DNA from: a virus
Virus record (IMG/VR): IMGVR_UViG_3300045988_035295
Direction: 5' to 3' (one strand)
DNA length: 17,639 nt
Shown piece after piece: positions 13,294 to 17,639 of the stretch; position 1 is the stretch's first letter, and every line of letters begins with the position of its first letter. A program made the translations under genes and the position numbers. Below the pieces are notes generated by a model. The model was not told the DNA's origin, ran no database searches, and saw nothing but the letters and a program-made list of their open reading frames with translations.

Positions 13294-13299
13294 TATAAT
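13291..13299 (+). promoter_or_regulatory. Extended -10 element TGATATAAT overlapping the fibre-gene stop codon
   Basis: TGnTATAAT. The 10-mer GTGATATAAT is identical to the one at 7166-7175. It is followed by a degenerate palindrome-motif copy and a hairpin. Confidence 0.35.
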
Positions 13300-13313
13300 C
13301 GTATTGAAAATCC

Positions 13314-13328
13314 TCATGTTTCACATGA
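13314..13328. promoter_or_regulatory. Degenerate copy 4 of the TGTTTCACGTGAAACA motif (TCATGTTTCACATGA)
   Basis: ATGTTTCACATGAACCAT has 2 mismatches to ATGTTTCACGTGAAACAT. It can still form a 6-bp hairpin (TCATGT/ACATGA). Confidence 0.45.
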
Positions 13329-13331
13329 ACC

Positions 13332-13361
13332 ATACCCCGCTCGGTACGCCGGGCGGGGTAT
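13332..13361 (+). other. GC-rich hairpin (13-bp stem, one G-U pair, TACG loop) 10 nt upstream of the hydrolase ATG
   Basis: ATACCCCGCTCGG (13332-13344) pairs with CCGGGCGGGGTAT (13349-13361). No U-tract follows. The only purine-rich SD-like run (GGGG) lies in the 3' arm. Confidence 0.6.
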
Positions 13362-13370
13362 ACTAATATC

Positions 13371-14585
13371 ATGGTAGACGTGCAAGCATGGTTAGAGCGT
13401 ACTCAAAACCAGTATTGGGATATGGACGGGGCTTATGGTGCCCAGTGTTGGGACCTGTGGGCAAAATACTGTATGGATAATTACAATTTGTCGTTAGGTG
13501 ACTGCATCACCCCAACAGGTTACGCGGAAGGTAATTACACCATGTTCCCCACCACGTCCGCCGTGGGGCGTGTTTTCGAGAAAAAGGACGCCAATTATAC
13601 GCCCGGCATGGGGGATGTCGTGTTTTGGAGGTTCGGCAGTCAAAACTACCCCGGCAGTCACGTGGCCATCGTGTGGGGCGGCGTTCAAGGGAACGACATT
13701 GACGTTCTGACCCAAAACCCGACGCCCGCCGTACATCAATTGTTGCCGCTCATGAAAAGCTCGCAACTTCTCGGTTATCTGCATCCCACGGCATTGCCGG
13801 AACCGCCGGAATCCGGCGACAATCCGACAGGCGGTGATAATCCGGGCGTGAACGTGGGCGGTGATATCTCCGCGTGGATTCAATTACAGGGGGATGATCT
13901 CGTATATCACAGTGGTTCGGGCACGACATCATCGCAAGCCATTTTCTACAAGTCGAGCGCCCAGACTTGGATATATCGCGGGGGGGCAGGTCAGCCGGAC
14001 GCCGACCAAGGTCAGGGCACGCCAAGCGTAGGCGACGGAAAAAGCTCGTATGCGCTCTATGTCATCGGCACCGTCGAATCATCATTACACTGGGATGCGG
14101 TCGAACCAAACAATCAGGGCATCGGCATTGCACAATGGAGTTTTGGACGCCGCCTACAGGTCTTGAACGCGATGAGGGCGGTGGACGCTGTAGGATACGA
14201 GGCGTTTGCGGCCGCCGCGCCGAGCATCGCCGCGCTCATGGAATCAGGCGGCACGTTCGACAGGGCGATGACCGGTAGCGAGGTTGCGGCATTCCAGACG
14301 TGGGCGCGGCGCACGGAATCACGGCAGGGCCAGCGTAATCGGTTCGCACAGGATTACGAGAGCTACCCACAGACGTATAGTGACACGAAAATGCAAATAC
14401 TATGGGTGTCCGCCTATCACCAAAGCCCGGCAGGCGCGTTGAACGTGCCCCATGCCTCAACCCTTGCCCAACTGTATAATAATATCCTCAATACATCACC
14501 GTTCGGGCCATATGGGACACGCTACAATAGCGTCTACTCGCTGTTGAATGTGTGGGACGGCACCAGCGCGCCACCGAACTTCTGA
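13371..14585 (+). CDS. Tail-associated peptidoglycan hydrolase: N-terminal CHAP peptidase plus C-terminal lysozyme or transglycosylase-like domain (phi29 gp13 position), 404 aa
   Basis: CHAP signature: the Cys context YGAQCWDLW and the His context PGSHVAIVWG. A Pro/Gly linker follows (PEPPESGDNPTGGDNPG). The C-terminal GTVESSLHWDAVEPNNQGIGIAQWS resembles the E-S...G-(L/I)-x-Q motif of lysozyme-like and SLT-type tail lysins. Confidence 0.75.
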   Translation: MVDVQAWLERTQNQYWDMDGAYGAQCWDLWAKYCMDNYNLSLGDCITPTGYAEGNYTMFPTTSAVGRVFEKKDANYTPGMGDVVFWRFGSQNYPGSHVAIVWGGVQGNDIDVLTQNPTPAVHQLLPLMKSSQLLGYLHPTALPEPPESGDNPTGGDNPGVNVGGDISAWIQLQGDDLVYHSGSGTTSSQAIFYKSSAQTWIYRGGAGQPDADQGQGTPSVGDGKSSYALYVIGTVESSLHWDAVEPNNQGIGIAQWSFGRRLQVLNAMRAVDAVGYEAFAAAAPSIAALMESGGTFDRAMTGSEVAAFQTWARRTESRQGQRNRFAQDYESYPQTYSDTKMQILWVSAYHQSPAGALNVPHASTLAQLYNNILNTSPFGPYGTRYNSVYSLLNVWDGTSAPPNF

Positions 14586-14590
14586 CGCAA

Positions 14591-14622
14591 TGACAGACCG
14601 GTGGATATCCACCAGTCTGTCA
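14591..14622 (+). other. Hairpin containing the perfect 14-bp palindrome GGTGGATATCCACC
   Basis: TGACAGAC (14591-14598) pairs with GTCTGTCA (14615-14622). A C/A mismatch follows, then the inner palindrome at 14600-14613. It lies 6 nt after the hydrolase stop and 15 nt before the ATPase ATG. Confidence 0.6.
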
Positions 14623-14637
14623 CTACTGTATGGTAAA

Positions 14638-15744
14638 ATGGATATTATGGAGAGCTTGTTAGCGGAGGATGATTATTACGATTATGGGCGCGTATTATCC
14701 TATCATGCGCCTTGGATGTTCGTAATCGGCGCGCGCGGTCTCGGAAAAACCTACGGAGCCAAAAAACTTGTCATAGGCGACTGGATAAAAAAACGCTGGC
14801 AATTCATCTATCTCCGCAGGACGGCAGAGGAGCAGAAAAAAAAGGGCACATGGTTTGCTGACATCGCGGAACAATACCCGGAATTGGAGTTCCGCATATC
14901 CGGCAATCAGGCAGAATGTCACTGGCTGGATGACAGGGACGCCGCCACGGACAAGCACGGCAAGACGCGCCCGACATGGCATATCATGGGGTACTTCATC
15001 GCCCTGAGTCAGGCAGGACAAGTAAAATCGGTTGCGTACCCCAAAGTCCGAACCATTATTTTCGATGAGATTTTCCCCGACAACATGCGGTATTTGGGCG
15101 GTGAAGTAACAGCGCTTGAGGAATTTTATAATACGGTTGACCGGTGGAATGATAGGGTCCGCGTTATCATGTGCAGTAATGCGGTAACGTTGGCTAACCC
15201 GTATTTTAGCGCATTTAATATCAACCTGAAGCCGCAATTAGATAATCACACGCAATACCAACGATATTGCGACGGCTTCATCATGGTGGAATTGGCCGAC
15301 TACGGCGGGTTCAGCGCAAAGGTTGTCTCATCCAAATTCGGTACGTTCTTACGCAAGCATGACGAAAACTACGCGAATTATGCAATCAACAATGATTTCA
15401 GGGATAACGCCAATACTCTCATCAGTGATTTCAGCAACGCCGGTTATGCGCTCACGCTAAGAACCACTGAATACGGTATTTTTAATATATACCAACAATT
15501 AAGCGATACTGACGAGGTACTATATATCATTACCAAAAAACAGCCGAAAATCACCCGTGATTTTACGTTTGATTACCGACTGGTTGACAATGATTGCATC
15601 ATGCTCAAACGCTCCGACGATATGACGCAGAAAATACTAAACGCCTATCGCGTCGGACGGTTACGTTTTGAAACGCCGCAGATCAAAGCAGAGTTCAGTA
15701 TGATACTTGGCGGCTTGTTACAACAATCAGGCATAAGAAAGTGA
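14638..15744 (+). CDS. DNA packaging (encapsidation) ATPase, phi29 gp16-like, 368 aa
   Basis: By-eye matches to phi29 gp16. VLSYHAPWMFVIGARGLGKTY matches MLSYDRILNFVIGARGIGKSY (Walker A). QFIYLRR matches QFIYVRR. RTIIFDEIF matches STIVFDEF (Walker B). RVRVIMCSNAVTLANPYFSAFNI matches RVRCICLSNAVSVVNPYFLFFNL. GRLRFE matches GYLRFD. I chose the start after the hairpin; an ATG at 14647 is an alternative. Confidence 0.9.
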   Translation: MDIMESLLAEDDYYDYGRVLSYHAPWMFVIGARGLGKTYGAKKLVIGDWIKKRWQFIYLRRTAEEQKKKGTWFADIAEQYPELEFRISGNQAECHWLDDRDAATDKHGKTRPTWHIMGYFIALSQAGQVKSVAYPKVRTIIFDEIFPDNMRYLGGEVTALEEFYNTVDRWNDRVRVIMCSNAVTLANPYFSAFNINLKPQLDNHTQYQRYCDGFIMVELADYGGFSAKVVSSKFGTFLRKHDENYANYAINNDFRDNANTLISDFSNAGYALTLRTTEYGIFNIYQQLSDTDEVLYIITKKQPKITRDFTFDYRLVDNDCIMLKRSDDMTQKILNAYRVGRLRFETPQIKAEFSMILGGLLQQSGIRK

Positions 15745-15754
15745 GGAAACGTTC

Positions 15755-16120
15755 ATGCAAACCCGTGAGTTAATCGTTATCGGTGTCGTATTTTTATTGG
15801 TGCTGATTGACTATATTACCGGCGTGGTCTATGCAATCATGCACGGCGAACTGTCTAGTGAGAGAATGAGGCAGGGACTCGGGCATAAATTCGCATACCT
15901 TGCGATAATTTGCGTGGCGTTGATCGTTGAATACAGTTCGGATTACATCAATCTGGGAATCGGATTACCCGTATTCATGCCAGTATGTGCAGGTATCAGT
16001 CTGATTGAAATCACGTCAATTATGGAAAACTGTGCGAAAATTAACCCCGAACTATCCAAATCAAATATTCTCAATATTTTCAAAGTCGATAAGAAGGAAA
16101 GCGACAGCAAAGAAGATTAG
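15755..16120 (+). CDS. Holin (phage_holin_4-like), 121 aa
   Basis: SD GAGGA lies upstream. There are three hydrophobic segments. LIDYITGVVYAI..GELSSERMRQGLGHKFAYL matches the conserved pattern of the toxin-secretion/phage-lysis holin family. The C-terminus is charged, and the gene sits directly upstream of the endolysin. Confidence 0.85.
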   Translation: MQTRELIVIGVVFLLVLIDYITGVVYAIMHGELSSERMRQGLGHKFAYLAIICVALIVEYSSDYINLGIGLPVFMPVCAGISLIEITSIMENCAKINPELSKSNILNIFKVDKKESDSKED

Positions 16121-16129
16121 GGAGCAATC

Positions 16130-17005
16130 ATGAATGACATCACATGGATAGGGTCCCCCAACCACTACAACGGACGCAACGGCTACGCCATAAGCCACAT
16201 CACACTACACATCATGGTTGGCACCCTAACCGGCACCGACAGCGTTTTTCAACGCGCCGGATACGCTTCGGCCCACTACGGCATCGGAGGCAACGGCGAG
16301 ATACACCAGTATGTGAGCGAGAGTGACGGCAGTTGGAGCGACGCGAACTATGCGAGCAACAACAGCACCGTAAGCATCGAACATGAAGGCGGCATGGCTG
16401 GCGTGCCTTGCACGCGCGCATGTATGGACGCTTCGGCCCACCTATGCGCCGATATCGCACGCCGTCAAGGCTGGGGCCGCCTGTGGTATGACGGACTCAA
16501 CGGCAACATCTGGTTACACCGAGAAATACCCGGAACTGACCACGCCGGATGTCCCGACCTAGCCCCCAACGGACTTGACGTAAACTACGTCATCAACAAA
16601 GCAAACCAACTATTAGGAGGAAACGACATGACAAGCGCCGGAGATGTTTGGAACTATGATATTGGAGCAGACGCCACGCCCGGAAAAGACAATCAACCCG
16701 CGTGGACACGCCTGAGCTGGATTCACCACGACACCGCCAAACTGTACAGCATTCTTACGCGCACCGACGATGGCGGCGCCAAGGACGGCACAAAAGGCGA
16801 CATCTTCACACGCATCTGCTACATCGACAAGCGAGTGCGCGACATGACAGCCACAATCACCGCCCAAGCCGCTGCCATCGAAGCGCTCAGCAAAGCCCTC
16901 GGAACCAACCCCGCCGACATCGCGGCCACCGTCGAGAAAGCTGTTAAAACCAAACTCGACGCACTCGAAATCACCATAAGCGCCAAAGACAAGACAAAAA
17001 AGTAG
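16130..17005 (+). CDS. Endolysin, N-acetylmuramoyl-L-alanine amidase (Amidase_2/PGRP type), with an unassigned C-terminal domain, 291 aa
   Basis: SD GGGAG lies upstream. Amidase_2 pattern: ITLHIM..T, SAHYGIGGNGEIHQYV, STVSIEHEG, and LHREIPGTDHAGCP with Zn-ligand-like H, H and C. The last 130 aa or so show no LysM, SH3 or choline-binding repeat pattern. Confidence 0.85.
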   Translation: MNDITWIGSPNHYNGRNGYAISHITLHIMVGTLTGTDSVFQRAGYASAHYGIGGNGEIHQYVSESDGSWSDANYASNNSTVSIEHEGGMAGVPCTRACMDASAHLCADIARRQGWGRLWYDGLNGNIWLHREIPGTDHAGCPDLAPNGLDVNYVINKANQLLGGNDMTSAGDVWNYDIGADATPGKDNQPAWTRLSWIHHDTAKLYSILTRTDDGGAKDGTKGDIFTRICYIDKRVRDMTATITAQAAAIEALSKALGTNPADIAATVEKAVKTKLDALEITISAKDKTKK

Positions 17006-17017
17006 CCACACACACAC

Positions 17018-17048
17018 AAGAAAGCCCCGCACATCGCGGGGCTTTCTT
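17018..17048. terminator. Bidirectional Rho-independent terminator between the endolysin (+) and the right-end ORF (-)
   Basis: Perfect 13-bp stem AAGAAAGCCCCGC (17018-17030) with GCGGGGCTTTCTT (17036-17048), 5-nt loop. The A-rich 5' arm and T-rich 3' arm make it usable on both strands. Confidence 0.75.
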
Positions 17049-17086
17049 ATGCGTCAATCGCCGTTATTACAAGCCCATCTCATCAC

Positions 17087-17353
17087 TCACCCTTCCCTCC
17101 CATAAAAACACTCAGGGTTCTCAGAAACAAACCTCATAAGGCGATAAACAAAGCCCACCATATTATCCATAGCCGAACAAGCCCCACCAGTACAAGGGTC
17201 ATACGTTTCAGTAAAAAACTTTACAATCACAAACCTCTTTAAACGATAACGCAAGACAAGAACCTCTTTCCCATCCAACTCACCAGTCTCAAAACGAACA
17301 GAAATACCGGTCATCTCAACCACCATCCCTTTTCTACATTCCTTGGTTGACAA
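17087..17353 (-). CDS. Hypothetical early protein reading inward from ITR-R (88 aa from TTG; shorter from an internal ATG)
   Basis: The first 14 codons (MSTKECRKGMVVEM) are identical to ORF 287..511 because they lie in the ITR. The sequences then diverge completely. It ends before the bidirectional terminator. It shares the G+T-rich coding-strand bias of the left early genes. Confidence 0.45.
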   Translation of the reverse strand: MSTKECRKGMVVEMTGISVRFETGELDGKEVLVLRYRLKRFVIVKFFTETYDPCTGGACSAMDNMVGFVYRLMRFVSENPECFYGREG

Positions 17354-17639
17354 TTACATAATACACCACCACAAAACACAACACGCCGAACAACACAAAA
17401 AAAACGATAAAAAACCATGCGCTTAAATTACAGACAAAACCACACGCTAAAAATCTGAAACAAAACAACACACAAAATTGACAACAGAAAAGAACGCGAC
17501 AAAACAGAAAACAACAGAAACAACAACAAACAACAAAACAAGAAAAACAACAAAAAACACAGAACAAAACACAAGAACAAAACACACAACAAAGCAGCAC
17601 TGGAAAAAGGCTAACCACAGGGACCCCACCCCTCCTTTT
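17311..17639. repeat. Right inverted terminal repeat (ITR-R), 329 bp
   Basis: Reverse complement of 1-329. It ends exactly at the window edge (...CCCCTCCTTTT). Confidence 0.95.

Noticed and set aside
14548-14637. Upstream start at 14548 for the packaging ATPase, overlapping the hydrolase gene.
   Set aside because: The extension has no counterpart in phi29 gp16 and runs through the 14591-14622 hairpin. Similarity to gp16 begins right after the ATG at 14638 or 14647.

Overview
The window appears to be a complete 17,639-bp linear dsDNA genome of a small phi29-type, protein-primed podophage. Perfect 329-bp inverted terminal repeats (ITRs) run to both window ends, with 5'-AAAA termini. Nearly all genes read left to right. 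First comes a C-poor block of four ORFan early genes. A replication module follows, syntenic with phi29 genes 6-5-3-2: a p6-like DNA-binding protein, a p5-like SSB, a candidate terminal protein and a family-B protein-primed DNA polymerase. The late module encodes an acidic scaffold, a gp8-like major capsid protein with a C-terminal Big_2 Ig domain, a gp9-like tail knob, a gp10-like portal, a gp11-like lower collar, two appendage or fibre proteins, a CHAP plus lysozyme-like tail hydrolase, a gp16-like packaging ATPase, a holin and an Amidase_2 endolysin. One small ORF reads inward from the right ITR. I found no integrase, repressor, tRNA or CRISPR array, which suggests a virulent phage of a Gram-positive host. 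Five observations deserve follow-up. (1) A perfect palindrome family with core GTTTCACGTGAAAC occurs three times plus one degenerate copy, twice inside the polymerase gene in different reading frames. (2) The polymerase N-terminal domain aligns collinearly by eye with the phi29 exonuclease domain but seems to lack every canonical catalytic Exo I/II/III residue. (3) The ITR core is extremely G+T-rich with a T-tract repeat period of about 13 bp, and the strand skew continues beyond the ITR at both ends. (4) A structured 180-nt non-coding region with its own extended -10 sits between the replication and structural modules and is a candidate pRNA. (5) A decayed Big_2 fragment lies where phi29 carries its head-fibre gene. 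All homology statements come from by-eye comparison with remembered phi29 protein sequences and motifs, not from database searches.
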